A stretch of DNA of 64,000 nt, taken from positions 11,579,230-11,643,229 of the forward strand of contig CM119270.1 in NCBI GenBank assembly GCA_051294375.1, given 5' to 3'. The translations under genes were made by a program, and so were the position numbers. Below the pieces are notes generated by a model. It was not told where the DNA came from and searched no databases. It saw only the letters and a program-made list of their open reading frames with translations. Numbering within the stretch: position 1 is the stretch's first letter; every line of letters starts with the position of its first letter. Shown here piece after piece: positions 13,351-51,659 of this stretch. The stretch comes from Paraspadella gotoi. Lineage: Eukaryota > Animalia > Chaetognatha.

Positions 13351-15441
13351 TTAATACACAAAAAATGTGTCCATCGTTGAAAAAGAGTCGGTCGAAGTCG
13401 TTCATGAGTCTTAAATTCATGTGATTCTTATTGTAATATTTATTCTTTATCATCACCATCATCCCTATCATCATCATCATCATCGTCATCATCATCATCA
13501 TCATCATCATCCTCGTCGTCGTCGTTGTCATCGTCTTCTTTTTCAATTTTCTTTGTTATTTTAGGTCGACATCAACCAAGGCGTCGGTTGTCGTCTTCCC
13601 TTTTCCTTCTCGTCGTTGTTCGCCGTCGTCGTCAGCGTCGTCGACGTCATCCCGCCACGGGGCGCCAACTGCAACCAATGGGCCGCCATTTTGAAGACAA
13701 TTCGGGACGGTTTAAGACTCGCAAACAATTTGGGCCACCTGCGGTTTCAGCGGTTTCCTCGCTCTTTCTGCTGCGCACGGCAAAGTTCGAGGCGAGCTCG
13801 CAACCATTTTCCTTTTAAGAGATCGAGTTTTTTTTTTTTAGCGAGGTGATACTTACTTTTATATTGATCATTAAATTAATTTTTCAGAAAATAATATGCA
13901 CCATGCAATGATGTCGTATGGGTGTAAAAAAAATTGCAAATAGTTTAATTCGGAAGAGAAACATTTTAAAGCAAAAAATACTATTTTGTAGCCATTTTGA
14001 AATTTATTAGTCTACCATTTTAAAATCTTTTTTTTTACACTATACATTTGAATCCTAACTTCCATCGAAACCGGGCGTGCGCTTTTGAATCTTCGAACCC
14101 CTTCTCCCTCTTTCAGGTTAGTCGATTTTTTTCCCTTAATTCTTTCCTTCTCTTTTTTCTTTTTCTGGATGAAATTTTGTGAAAACTTTTTTTCTTTTCT
14201 CGACGAAATCTGAAACGAGTCGAAGAAAAAGATATTTATGATCGAATGTCTGGTCCTAACGACGACAGTTCGACGAAGATGATGACGACGACGAAGAAAA
14301 GAAGAAGAAAACGAATAAAAAATTTCACTAATGATTGTCAAGTCGGCGACAAAAAAAAGATGAAAAAAAAAAGAAGTAAAAAAAACGACGACGATGGCGA
14401 CACAACATGATGGCGACGAAGACGTGGCGACGAACGACGATGACTACGTCGACCCTCGCGAACTCTGAAATCGAATTTTTTTTTTCCAGGTTAAATATAA
14501 TTTAAAAGGAGTAATACACTATACGTATTGGGAATGACTAATGGGATGTAAAGCAGGTTTGCAGCATTTATTTGTAAAATAGCAATCGAATTAATTGGAA
14601 CCTAGATAAATCCTGCCTTCATGACTCATGTACGAATAAATAATAGTTTTTAAATATTCTTCAGTGAAGCAAACATTAAAATCCTATAAAATAATTTAAT
14701 ACAAAAAAGGCGTTGAAATGATATTCGAGACGCGAAAATTGAAAGAGATTCACGCGAAAAAAAAATTGTCGTTCCTAATGCGAATATTTCGTTTGAACAT
14801 CGAAGTCGTTTCATCTTTAACATTTTTTTGACGAAGACCTAAATGGACTCGGGTCAGCCTCTCCGCCGATAAGGGTCAATTTTGATACGGGCAAAATCGG
14901 AGAGTGAGAGAGGGAGAGAGATAGAAAGAGAGGAAGAGAGAGATAAAGAGAGAGAGGGAGAGATAGAGAGAAAGAGATTCAGCGAAATCGTGAAAGGCCT
15001 GTCTTTGTAACTCCTACCTTCCTTCATCCGCTATCGTTGTCTGTTTTTAAAGTGAGGCAACAGACATTAATTGCGTTTTAAAATTGCTTCATATCACCGG
15101 ATGTCTGAATTATTTCCAAAAACATTTATTAATGTTTTAGTTTCTCTCTCTTTATTTTCTATTTTAATTTTCTCCTTGCATTGCATTGAATTCAACGATG
15201 TAACCCTAAGCTAGTCATACCTTACATAATACATATATCGTTTGCCTGTTTCTGTTGACCGATTCACCTCCCTTCAATGCTTCTCTTCAGTGAAATTTTT
15301 ATAAACCTTTTTTTCTCATCGAAGCCAACTTACCCTTTTCTTGTTTCTCCTCATACACGAGTTGCTTTGCACCTCGTATATCACTATCTCCTTCTCGTCC
15401 TCCTTTGATATTTCTCCCTTTCTCTGTTTACATCTCTCACC

Positions 15442-16816
15442 NNNNNNNNNNNNNNNNNNNNNNNNNNNNNNNNNNNNNNNNNNNNNNNNNNNNNNNNNNN
15501 NNNNNNNNNNNNNNNNNNNNNNNNNNNNNNNNNNNNNNNNNNNNNNNNNNNNNNNNNNNNNNNNNNNNNNNNNNNNNNNNNNNNNNNNNNNNNNNNNNNN
15601 NNNNNNNNNNNNNNNNNNNNNNNNNNNNNNNNNNNNNNNNNNNNNNNNNNNNNNNNNNNNNNNNNNNNNNNNNNNNNNNNNNNNNNNNNNNNNNNNNNNN
15701 NNNNNNNNNNNNNNNNNNNNNNNNNNNNNNNNNNNNNNNNNNNNNNNNNNNNNNNNNNNNNNNNNNNNNNNNNNNNNNNNNNNNNNNNNNNNNNNNNNNN
15801 NNNNNNNNNNNNNNNNNNNNNNNNNNNNNNNNNNNNNNNNNNNNNNNNNNNNNNNNNNNNNNNNNNNNNNNNNNNNNNNNNNNNNNNNNNNNNNNNNNNN
15901 NNNNNNNNNNNNNNNNNNNNNNNNNNNNNNNNNNNNNNNNNNNNNNNNNNNNNNNNNNNNNNNNNNNNNNNNNNNNNNNNNNNNNNNNNNNNNNNNNNNN
16001 NNNNNNNNNNNNNNNNNNNNNNNNNNNNNNNNNNNNNNNNNNNNNNNNNNNNNNNNNNNNNNNNNNNNNNNNNNNNNNNNNNNNNNNNNNNNNNNNNNNN
16101 NNNNNNNNNNNNNNNNNNNNNNNTTCTCACTCCTATCTCTTGACTCTGTTTCCCTTTATTCTCCGTTTGCTTTCCCTCTTCTCTTTCCCTGCCCTCCGCT
16201 CTCTTTCCCTCTCNNNNNNNNNNNNNNNNNNNNNNNNNNNNNNNNNNNNNNNNNNNNNNNNNCTCTCTCCTCTCTTTCCTTCTCTCTTTCCTTCTTCTCC
16301 ATCTCTTCATTCTTTGTTTCTCTTTCCGTACTCTCTCTCTCTCTCTCTCTCTCTCTTTCCTTCCTTTTCGTCTCCCTCTCCCGCTATCCATCCAGAACGT
16401 CATGCATCAATCTTCATAATTGCTCATCCATATTTTCATGAAGCCCCCGGTTCCCGTTTTGTGTGTGTGGGAGATCTTTTTTGGAGATGTTTTTATATCT
16501 TGTTGACTCTCATTCTTATTTTTATNNNNNNNNNNNNNNNNNNNNNNNNNNNNNNNNNNNNNNNNNNNNNNNNNNNNNNNNNNNNNNNNNNNNNNNNNNN
16601 NNNNNNNNNNNNNNNNNNNNNNNNNNNNNNNNNNNNNNNNNNNNNNNNNNNNNNNNNNNNNNNNNNNNNNNNNNNNNNNNNNNNNNNNNNNNNNNNNNNN
16701 NNNNNNNNNNNNNNNNNNNNNNNNNNNNNNNNNNNNNNNNNNNNNNNNNNNNNNNNNNNNNNNNNNNNNNNNNNNNNNNNNNNNNNNNNNNNNNNNNNNN
16801 NNNNNNNNNNNNNNNN
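15442..16816. other. Cluster of assembly gaps (15442-16123, 16214-16262, 16525-16816)
   Basis: N runs flanked by pyrimidine-rich low-complexity DNA. Confidence 0.98.
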
Positions 16817-17047
16817 CTCTCCATCATCCTCCCCAACACATTCTCCCTTTCTCCTATCTCGTCTTGTTATTGAGAGAGCCTTCATTTGAATTGATTTCTT
16901 TCTGTTTTGCCTCCAGGGAGAAGGACCAGATTTTCTCCTGAATTCGGTCAAACCATAAGGAAGAAACGAACAGATAAACTGAAATGAGAAAAAAAGAAAA
17001 AAAACGAAAGAAAGAAAGAAATTAGGAAAGAAGGATATAAAGATATA

Positions 17048-17127
<80 letters not shown>

Positions 17128-17999
17128 AAAAAAGAAAAAAGAAAAAAAGAAAAGAAAAAGAAAGAAAAAAGAAATTGAAAGAGAAATAGGCCCATGCATA
17201 TTTTTTTTCTCGGGGCGACCCCGTTGCTTCGGGTCTCGTCTGATGGAAACCTTGTTGACATTTTGTTTGGAGAAGAGAGTTATTAGTTGGTTACGCGGTT
17301 TTATTTAACACACGGATACATCTTGTGATACTTCTAGCCTTCTACATATCTTATAAATGCCGTATAATTTTGTTTTCAACAAGAAATTAGAGTTATTTTA
17401 CCTATTTCCTTACAAGGAAATAGATGAAATAACTCTAAAAAAGAAAGAAAAGAGATCATTGTTCTCTTTTCTTTCTTTTTTTCCACGCCCATTCTTTGCC
17501 TTAACTTCTTCTTTAATTCTTCATGCATAGCCTCTTCCTCCGATCATTCTTTCCTTCCCACTTTTCCTTTTTTTTTTCATTTTCTACTTTCTCACTTTCT
17601 TCTTTACTCTATTCATAGCCTCGCCTCTTCTCCTTTTTTCCTTTTACCTTTTCTTAATGAAGACAATTTTCATAATGGACCCAAAATCATTTTCTTTCCT
17701 TCCTCGAGCTTTTCTTTTATTCTTTCTTCTTTTACTCCTTTAATACTTCTCCGCTTAGTTTTCATTCTTTCTTCTTTTTATTCTAAGTTTCTTCATATTT
17801 TTTTTTCTTTTCAAGTTATAAATCTTCCTCTATTCCTAGATATAAATTTTCTGGGGCACCATTTTTTCAATGAATTTTTCACATCACAAATAGAAAAGCC
17901 CATGATTTCTCATTACGACCGGAATCATGAATGAGAAGCTACGATAAAAAAACTTTTTTTTTCAAATGAAGAGATTGTCATTAAGAAGGAAAGAAAGAT

Positions 18000-18120
<121 letters not shown>

Positions 18121-19268
18121 CCGTCCTCTTTTAATGAAATTCCCTTGGATTTTCTTCTTCTCTCATTTAGTTAGTTATTGACTGCTTATGAATTTTCAAT
18201 TAACTTTTTTCTCAACAATGAAAATTTTGAAAGTAAGATTAGAGAAGTTTTAAAAAAAGAAAATTAAAAATTTCTTCCGTTCCACAGGTTTTATAAATAG
18301 AAGGCGATTTGTTAAGGAGGAAAGGGGAGGAACGAGGAGAGAAAAGAAAAAAAATAAATGAGAAAAAGAAAGAAATTAGAAGACATAAAGAGGAAAAGTT
18401 GACTTTGAGACAGAAAGAGAGGAAAGAAAAAGAGAGTAGAAAAGATCAGAGGTCGCCGAAGGTGAAAGAAAAGAGAGAGAGAGATTAAGAAAGAGAGAAG
18501 TAGAGGGGGAGAGGTTAAAATAGAAAAAAAAATAGATAGAGAGAGGTTAAGAGAGATAAATAGAGAGAGAGGAAGAGATCGAGACAGAGAAGCAGAGAGT
18601 GAGGAAGAGATCAAGAGACAGAAGAAGAGAGAGAGGTAGAGATCCAGAGACAGAAGGAGAAAGTGAGGAAGTGATCACAGGAAGGGGACAAGAGTGAGAA
18701 GTATAGATAAAGGAAAAGGACAAGAGAGAGAAGTAGAGAGAGAGGAAGAAGTTAAGAGAAAAGTAGAAAGAGAAAGCTGCCGAGGAGAAGAGGGAGAAAT
18801 ATCGGTTCCACGTCGTTATTGAAAAACCGATTGGCCCATCGAGGTGAGTCGTCGTTGTTGTTGTAGTTATCTCTCCCCGTGTCAACGCGTTACCTTTCAC
18901 GATTTACATGTAAACGTTCCTGACGTCGAGAGAATTTTGATGAACTCGTTCGCTGGTGAAGAAAAAAGGCTCGGGAACGAAACTCACACGTGAATGTGAA
19001 ATGAAATTTGGAGAAAAAAAGAAACTACATCTCCTTTGGTTTTTTGTTTTTTAATTGTGAGGATGACTTGATTTGAAAATGTCTCAATTTAATTAAAATA
19101 AACCTAAAAATTGTTATATTAATCGTTTATCTTATATTTATTCTCACTCTCGACCGAGCCCGTCACGACGTCGCGCGTATGAAGCCCAAAAGCTAGTTCT
19201 TGGTGAAGCCTGAAACGTTGGAGAAGACTGTTTATATCCGATAATTCCACAACGAGTTTGCAACCCAG

Positions 19269-19310
<42 letters not shown>

Positions 19311-19321
19311 TGGTTTCGAGT

Positions 19322-20523
19322 TCATGCGAGAAACGAAAGTTGGGATGGGAAAAGTGAAATAAGGACATAATCGCGACGAAGTGAAGAGGGACGATATGAG
19401 ACGACATCGCGGTGGTCGACAAACACCCAGGTACGCCAGAAAAAGTGCACAGTGGTCGCTTGGGGCCAGACGTTCCAGCGTAGCGAGGAGCATCACGTGG
19501 GACGATGTCGTGAAGGGTCAGGTTGTCATCCGGCCGTGACGCGAAGCGAAAACGAGTAGACGAAACGAAAATGACGAAACAGGCTATTAGCAAAAGTGCG
19601 AAGACGAAAACGACGACACGAAGACGGAAGAAAACGAAGACGGGAGACGAAAACGAAGACGAAAACGAAGACGAAAACGAAGACGAAAACGAAAGACGAA
19701 AACGAAGACGAAAACGAAGAGCGAAAAAACGAAGACGAAAACAAGACGAGAACGAAAACGAAGATGAAAAACGAAGTAGGGTGATGAGAGATGGTGGCAC
19801 GGAGAAAGAAGGACGATACTGAGGACAATATGACGGACGACGACGACGACGACCAACTAGATTATTCCTGCAATTTTACTATCGGTTGAGAGTATTAACA
19901 ATGCCGGCCTCGACGACCAAGCCACAGGGGAGGGGGAGAGAGAGAGGAGAGAGAGAGAGAGAGAGAGGCCAGAGAGAAGAGAGAGAGAGAGAGAGAGACG
20001 AGAGATGGAGAGAAGAGAGATGAAGAAGGAGAGAGAAGAGAGAGAGNNNNNNNNNNNNNNNNNNNNNNNNNGAAGAGACGAAAACGACTACGAAAACGAA
20101 GACGAAAACGAAAGACGAAAACGAAGACGAAAACGAGACGAAAACGAAGACGAAAACGAAGACGAAAACGAAGACGAAAACGAAGACGAAAACGACGGAC
20201 GAAAACAAGATGAAAAACGAAGTAGGCGGTGATGGAGAGATGGTGGCACGGAGAAAGAAGGACGATACTGAGGACAAAGATGACGACCGACGACGACGAC
20301 GACCAACTAGATTATTCCTGCAATTTTACTATCGGTTGAAGAGGTTAAACAATGCCGGCCTCGCGACAAGCATCTCTCTTCTTTTCGTCGTCGTTTTCGT
20401 CGTCGTTTTCGTCGTCGTTTTCGTTGCATGTCTTTTCGGCCCTGGTGTTGTCACCACCATGTCGTCTCTATCGTCCCTTCACTTCGTCGTCATTTTCTTT
20501 CCCTCCAACTTTCGTTTCTCATG
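19322..20523. repeat. Fold-back element with (GAAAACGAAGAC)n arrays and an internal direct duplication across a 25-N gap
   Basis: 19322-19445 is an insertion-rich inverted copy of 20430-20523; 19620-19912 is duplicated at 20075-20362. Confidence 0.6.
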
Positions 20524-20779
20524 ACTGAAATAAAGTAAAGCGAGAGAAATTCATAAATTTATTATTTAATACTATATTCAACCTTGATGCCTTATCATTT
20601 CTAAAAACATAAAATTAAGAACATATTGATCACCGGGCGGGCGCAACCGAAGTGGCGACCTGGCGGCTCGGGCGTGTCGGCAGGCGAGGAGGCGGACCGA
20701 GCCTGGCGGCCGAGAAAGCGAACCACGACTGTTAAATGTCATGTGATGAGTCGGGCGTCGTTTACTGTCAGAGAGAGAG

Positions 20780-20845
<66 letters not shown>

Positions 20846-22378
20846 GAGAGAGAGAGAGAGAGAGAGAGAGATTAGAATAGAGAGCCTGTTAAGAGCAACA
20901 GTAAGAGTAACTCCGGTCATTTCCTAGTCCTCTCCTTCTAATTACATTTTCAACGTAAAGTGTCGCATAAATCCTCGCGCAAGCGCAATGCGCATTCTGC
21001 TCGCTGATGGCCACTGACGATTATGCAGAGAGGGGGGGGGCAGAAAATTGTCGAGAGGAGATAAAAACGGAGCAAAAGAAGGAATAAACCAATAAAGAGG
21101 AAAAAGCCAATATATCTTTGCAAGTCCGTTGAAAATCTGACGCGCGACGCCGAACAAGACGACGTTACTGCCGGCCAGGGACGGGGGCGACGACGACAGT
21201 GACGATGACGAAGACGATGACGACGACGACGGCGAAAACGATGGAAACACATCGAAGACGACGACGACGACGACAACGAAGACGCTGTAGACGCGGGCAA
21301 AGATGACGTTAGTGACAAAAATAATTTTAAATATGATTTCTTTTTCCGTTTTTTTGTTTCATAGTTTGCGGCCAAATTTTGGTGATTGACTTTAGAACTT
21401 CTATTTTTATAACTCTTCAGCGCAAGAGATTTTCATGAAAGAATCGAAGGCACAAAATCTGAAATCTCTAACTTTCTAGGTCCATGTTACAATGTAACAT
21501 TGTTACATCTATCCTTTTCTATGTAATAATAAAAATAAACATAAATAATCACCGGCGATACATATAAAGGTTTATTTCAATATTTCATTTTTTTTTCTAG
21601 GGGTGACATGAAAACAGCAGCACGAATCAAAAAAAAAGTCATGAAGCGGTACAGTGTGGTCGCTTTTTTTTCGATAATGAAGAGGAAAAAACAAACTTAT
21701 TCTTTTTTTTTTGTTCTTTACATGATATGAAAACATAGAGATAAAAACATCGATGCGGATTACGAAATCGGCGCGTATAGAAGAAGGCAGACGTCGCTTT
21801 TAAATTTAATAACAATATTTTGTTTTCAATAACCAACTAGGATTTTATTTTAACGAAGAAAAAAAATATTCATTCAATCAATTCACGATAACAAATCATT
21901 CGATTCCTTTTTGGTTTTAACTGCATGTAAAAAAAAAAAAGAAAGAACAGAAACTCCATTATGAATTTATTATAAATAAATATTCACTTACACGAGTCCG
22001 TTCTATTCAAAATGTCAATAAATCGAGCAATATGTCAAAGTATGTCCAAGTCTGTCGATAGCTTTCAATATGAAGTAGAGATACAAAAAGTAGTCTTAGT
22101 GCATAAGGCAAAGATTATTTTTTTTTAAATTTCGAATTTATATGAATATTAAAATTTCATAACAAATGTACATCTCTGTTCCTCTTTCGTATTTTTTATT
22201 TGTTTCTCTTACATTTAAATTTAAAAGCATAAAATGTTTTTTATTTACTGTTTTTCATTTCTTTTTTAATTTCGTTCTTCTTCTCTAATTTTTCTTCGTC
22301 CCCATTTTTTTTTGTTCTCTGCATTTTTCCATGAAGGAAATGCTCATCAGCGCCGAATCCCTGAAGGACATTCTCTCA

Positions 22379-22460
<82 letters not shown>

Positions 22461-22517
22461 TTCCCTTTGCTTCATTTTTTTCATATTCTTTCTGTCTCCT
22501 TGTTTTAAATGCTTATA

Positions 22518-24064
22518 GGCAGTGATTTCTATTCGGGTATTTTCAACAATAGAATTGAAACTTATATAAAACTATTATTTCTTTTTTTCCAATGATTAAT
22601 ATAAATACGCATTATTTTAAAAAACGGTTGGCTATAGTTATTTTTTCCTTATAACATCGAACTCACTGGGTGAATTTCTATGCTTCAAAATACGGTAAAA
22701 CATCATTTCTTTTACCTTAAGATGAAACTAAAACGATTTTTCATGGTAAGGGAAACTTTTAAAGATTAAATTGCTAGTCAGATCTATCACGTTTTTTAGA
22801 TATACTACAGATTAAGCAAAAAAACGGCACGCTATATTTTAAAACTTTTTCCATTTTTTACACTATTTTTTTCTCTTCTTGAACCTTCTCTCTGTCCCTC
22901 TTTTTCTTCTCTTTCTCTCTGTCTTTCTCTCCCTTTCTCCGACTTTTCTGTCTTCATATTTTTTTGGTGTCATCCATTCTTTTTTTCCTTTACCTTTATT
23001 TCTCTTCCTCTCTATCTCTGCTTTTCTCTCCCTCTCTGATTATTTTTCTTCCCTCTTTCTTATCTTTTCTTTCTCTTAATTGTTTCGTTTTCCCCCTTCT
23101 CCCCATATATTAATTTCTTTCCACTCTTTCTCTCTCTCCCTACAACTTTTTTTCACACATGCTCTCTCTTCTCTTATCTTTTTTTCATTTTCTCACTCAT
23201 TTTTTTGCATTTATATCATACTGGATGTATAAAAATCTTTAAATGTATTGTTAAGAAAAAAAATCTTGGGTAGCGTATGGTTTATTCAAAGTTGGTTGCC
23301 TAGCAGATTTTAAAAATTCGACAGATTTTTGCGGAAATTTTTTCCGCAAAAACCCTGTCGATTTGAGAGGAAAAAAATTACTGACGCTTTCCATTACATT
23401 AAAAGAATGCGGTTTTTTTTTAATTCGTTAACCCTTAGTTATATTTTCTTCATCTATTAAAACTATAAAATAAGTCAAAAACCGCGTTTTTAGTTCAAAA
23501 AAAACGCACCTCACAAATCCTCACAAAATTAAAAGTTGACTTAAAAATTTAATTTCTTGCAAAACTATTAAATTTTTTGCCCTAATTTTTTAGGTACCAG
23601 AAGCACCATCTGAAAGGGAATATTTGATTAGATTTGTGGACATTTTGAAGTATTTTCGTTTAACAAATTAGTAAAAAAAATACATTTTACATTTTATTAC
23701 AGTCAATTTAAAAATTAATTCATAGGCAAACAATGGATGACCAACGGCAAATGAACCCACTCAGTGGTAAAGAAAGATAAGAAGTACCCGAAATCCGGAG
23801 TAAAAAATTTTCTTCAATGATCTTGACGTTCAAATCTCAAAACAAAAGTCAAAATGGACAAAAATGGACAGAATTTTTTTTATTAAAAAGTTGCAAAAAT
23901 TATATCGATTCTTGATTAGAAAAAGCAGGCAGATGATTTTAATTAATCCGTAGTCCAGCCCACTTTGTCTTAGGGTTCAAATTTAATCAATTCTGTTGAT
24001 AATATTCTAGCAATATTGCAAAAAGTGGTTTTTTTTGCTGAATTCCTCAATAGAAATCACTGCC
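22518..24064. mobile_element. Non-autonomous TIR DNA transposon (~1.55 kb)
   Basis: Perfect 16-bp TIR GGCAGTGATTTCTATT / AATAGAAATCACTGCC, each flanked by TATA; no transposase ORF. Confidence 0.75.
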
Positions 24065-24407
24065 TATAGTTTGCCTTTCTGTCCTTTCTTTAAGCCAACA
24101 GAATAGCACTAGCGCAAAAAGTCTTGGATCGACTCAAATATTTTTCTTTTAGGTCAAATACATTTTTTGTGTTCCTTTGTCCATTTCTCTTCCCTTTTGG
24201 TCTCTTCCTCTCATTTCCGTTTCCCTCTCATCATCCTCTTCCTCTCCCCCACCCTGACCATGTGTCTCTCTTTATGGGTCACCGACCCCTGACCTCCTCA
24301 TCCTTGTTATCGATCTCCAGTCCCCACCCTCCATTCGCATTCAGTTCCCCGGGGACCAAAGCTTCCCGCCCAAAAACCCATCAAGTTCCCTGGCGACGAT
24401 TCGGGGA

Positions 24408-24466
<59 letters not shown>

Positions 24467-24937
24467 GTTGGCTATTGTCCGCCTCCTTCCAACTCCCCCC
24501 CTCTCTCCATTCCAAACAACTTGGTGCCAAAAGTCCCGGGATTTCTAGTAATCTTAATGGTCAGGGTGATAGGGATCCGAAGTGGCGAATGGGAACGGCT
24601 TGGGAAGGATCAATTGTTTGGTGAGAAGAGAATTGATTTTATAATTAAAGATTTTTGACTGATGATAGTCAATAGTTTTGTTGGTAAGAAAATCATCTTT
24701 TTTTCTGAAGAGAATCTCAAAACTGGTGACGTGTGAGCTGGCGAGAGCGACGTCGAAAATGATCAACAATTCCCGACAATAACCGAGTTAACAACTTCCC
24801 GTATTTATCGGTGAGTGAATGAAAGCAGAAATGGCAAGGGAGGAAACGGCTCAGGTGGCGTGTATCGCTGAAAATTGATAATGAAAGAACTGACAAGCAA
24901 AAGTTGAGAGAGAGAGAGCGCGAGAGAGAGAGCAGAC

Positions 24938-24974
<37 letters not shown>

Positions 24975-26453
24975 GAGTATGGGCAAACGTGGCGCTGACG
25001 AAATAAAATAATAACTAGACAAATGAAAATCATACCAAAAAAAATTTTTGTATCGAATTTCATTGAAAATCACAATAAAGAAATGTGAGACTTTGTTATC
25101 GCAGGATTACTCGACTCTAATTCTAATAAAAAAAATTAAAAAAAACAAAAACAACAAATACGCAGGGGATCGAAAGTTTTTGAAAGATATCGATTTTCTT
25201 TGTCTTTCTCGAAACACAAAAATCTATAACAAAATTTTTAAAAAATGTTTTTCTTCCCATAAAATGGGAAAAATTTAATCCTTTTTCAGCAACCGCCCAC
25301 TTTCCACCTTACCCCCCTTAACTTGGAATCCCTCTTAATTCCAACTCCTTTTTACCCACTTCTTCCCAATGAAACAACCGGGAACAACAGACCCCTCATC
25401 ATTTTTTCATCAGGTTCTCGAGTCTTTGACCCAAATTTGCACTGAATAATTGAAGCCTTTCGCTGTTACGACCCGACGTGCTTACTTGCGCTGTTTTTCT
25501 TTCTTTATTTCATTTCCTACAGCTTTCTGTCCTTTTTTTGTGTCTTTCTTTCATTTTCTACTGCTTTCTTTCTTTTTTTTTCTTTTTTCTCTTTTTTATT
25601 TAATTTTTCTTTCTTTCCTTCTTTTTTTTTCTTTCTTTCTTTCTTTCTCTCTTTATCATTTTATTTCTTTCTTTCTTTCTTTCTCATTTTATTTCTTTCT
25701 TTCTTTCTTTTATCTCTTTACATAAATCTATATTTTTTCGTTAATTAATTACGACTTAATGATTATTTGCCCCCATAGATTTAAAAATTTCCATCGATGT
25801 GTTTCAATCGTAACTGTCTCTTTGGTCAGTCTGTCAATTCGTCCGTGCTTCAGTCTGTCGGAACTTGTCAATTTTTCGGTTGAACGGACTCAATAAAAAC
25901 ACGATTGTTCGCTGGTAATCACTGGTAATCTGATTGTCATTGGGGCTTTAGCACACGAAGATTTCTCGCTTCATCGCATTCGTATTCGTTGGGAGTTGCG
26001 ACTGGGGACAGAGGATTGGGGACTGGGGACTGGGGACTGGGGACGGAACTGCAGGGTGAAGGGCGAAGGGCAGAAGGGGTCACTGAGTGGGCGCTGGACG
26101 GGTGAGGAGTGAGGAAAGAGGTTGGGTCAGTAAACAAAAAAAATATTGTGAAAGGCGCGGCGAGTCTCTCGCTTGAGGATAATGAAACTGGGCAACTGGA
26201 TATGAAGAGGAAGAGGGAAGAGCGAAACAAAGGAAAAAGTAAAAACAAAGGAAAAGGAGGAGGAAAAAAAGGGAACAAAGATAGACGAAAATAAAAGTCT
26301 CAAACGGTCAGGGTGCTGTTCTGCGCCAAACAGAATGCAGAAGCGCGGAGTAGGGCAAGGATGGGGACAAGGACAAAATGAAGAGCAAGGAAAGGGGCAT
26401 ATGGAAGGGCAATAACATGGGCGTTGGTATGGGCACTGGGCGTAGCAAAGGCA

Positions 26454-49751
<23,298 letters not shown>

Positions 49752-49752
49752 G

Positions 49753-49855
<103 letters not shown>

Positions 49856-50266
49856 GGTGTTGTTTTATTTTAGTGTTGCTTAACTTGTAAATGTTGTTGT
49901 AGTTCGTTGGCGGAGGAACCGGTGAAGGAAACGAGGGAGGTGGAGGGAGGGGAGTGGAGTGGAGGTTGTCGTCGGCCTCGCGGTTGTTGTTTATTGCCGT
50001 CGCTCGTTCGCTTGAGTAGAGTTCGGTTAGAATGTTCTTTTTTTTTTCTCTTCTTTTTTGAGAAGTTAGAAATCGAGTTGAAATGAGGGGAGGAAATGAA
50101 GGAAAGAAAAGGGAAAAAGGAAAGGATTGTATTGGAGGAAAGGAAAAAGAGGATGAAGGGAATTTAGGAAGTGAAAAAGGAAAGGGAAGGAAGGAGGTAG
50201 GAATAGAAGGGAGAGAACGGAAAGAGGAAATGGAGGGAAAAAAAGGAAGGAGAAGAGAGTGAGGAG

Positions 50267-50509
50267 AAAAGGGGAATTGAGAAAAGGGGGAATTGAGAAA
50301 AGGGGGAATTGAGAAAAGGGGGAATTGAGAAAAGGGGGAATTGAGAAAAATGGGAATTGAGAAAAGGGGGAATTGAGAAAAGGGGAAATTGAGAAAAGAG
50401 GGAATTGAGAAAAGAGGGAATTGAGAAAAGAGAGAATTGAGAAAAGGGGAAATTGAGAAAAGAGAGAATTGAGAAGAGGGAGAATTGAGAAAAGGGAGAA
50501 TTGAGAAAG
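50267..50509. repeat. 16-bp minisatellite GAAAAGGGGGAATTGA, ~15 copies
   Basis: Directly visible tandem array 0.5-0.75 kb upstream of the IgSF ATG. Confidence 0.9.
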
Positions 50510-50838
50510 CTTTTTCGTCGCCGGGAAAAACGGAAAGGATGGAAATGAGGACGACGACGACGACGACGACGACGACGATAAAATTTATGCGGAGACGGCG
50601 AAGTAAAAACGTCGTAGTCTGGTCGATGAGAAGGAGGAGGTGAGAGGGAGACGGAGTCGGACCACGAGGGAGATGGAGACGCGAGGAGAAAGCTTGGGAA
50701 ATATGGAGATTGGGAGATGGAGTTGGGGACAGCGCGAGATGGAGAGTCGAAAGGATTGAGAGCGAGACGCAACGAAATGGCTCGACGGAAATATTCGCTC
50801 TCTCCCCTCGAATACACGCAGGGAAAGGAGGGGGAGAA

Positions 50839-50959
<121 letters not shown>

Positions 50960-51433
50960 CCACGTGACTTTGCCTTTATTATCCCAGGCAACCCTAGGAG
51001 AGAGTTGACGAGGAGGCAGAAGAGAGGAGTTATTAGATAAGTGAGGAGATGGGAAGATTAGAGAGGGAGAAAAAAAGAGAGGAATTGGGATCAGCTACTA
51101 CGTTCGCTTTGTGAAGCTCACGATTCTGTGAAGAAAGGAGGTAATAGATAAGTCTAACAGATGAGATGTTGGGAAGAATGTAGATAGAGAGGACGAGGAG
51201 AGAAGACGTCACGAATTGAAGAGGCGATGGATGAGGGAGATCCGAGAGAGAGAGANNNNNNNNNNNNNNNNNNNNNNNNNAGACGAGAGAGAAGAGTAAA
51301 GAAATGAGAGGAGAGAGAGAAGAGAGAGAGACCAGAGAGAGAGAGTAGAGATGGCGTTCCCTGGTTTGATTGCGGTTGATGAGCTTCCTACGAAAAGAAG
51401 AAGAAAAAATATTTATAATAAGGGAGAAGTAGA

Positions 51434-51481
<48 letters not shown>

Positions 51482-51659
51482 GAGGAAGAGAGAGAGAGAA
51501 AGGAGCGGAGGAGTAGGAGAGAGAGTAAGAGAGATGGAGGGAGGAATGAAAAAATGAAAAAAAGCAGAGATTTTATGCATAGAAAGATGAAGTCATCCCG
51601 CTTGTGACCACGAGAGCTGGGATGAAACTCGAGAAAGGGGGGGTCATCGCCTGGTATTG

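Noticed and set aside
13660-13700. CCAAT box plus YY1-like GCCGCCATTTTG as a promoter
   Set aside because: No associated exon or ORF found nearby, and such short motifs occur by chance; cannot be supported from sequence alone.
19523-19822. DENE-repeat acidic/basic protein ORF
   Set aside because: Product of the 12-bp GAAAACGAAGAC array in a noisy duplicated segment.
23428-23979. Nested piggyBac-like element (TTAA-CCCT...AGGG-TTCA)
   Set aside because: Only ~7 bp of imperfect TIR and a mismatched TSD.
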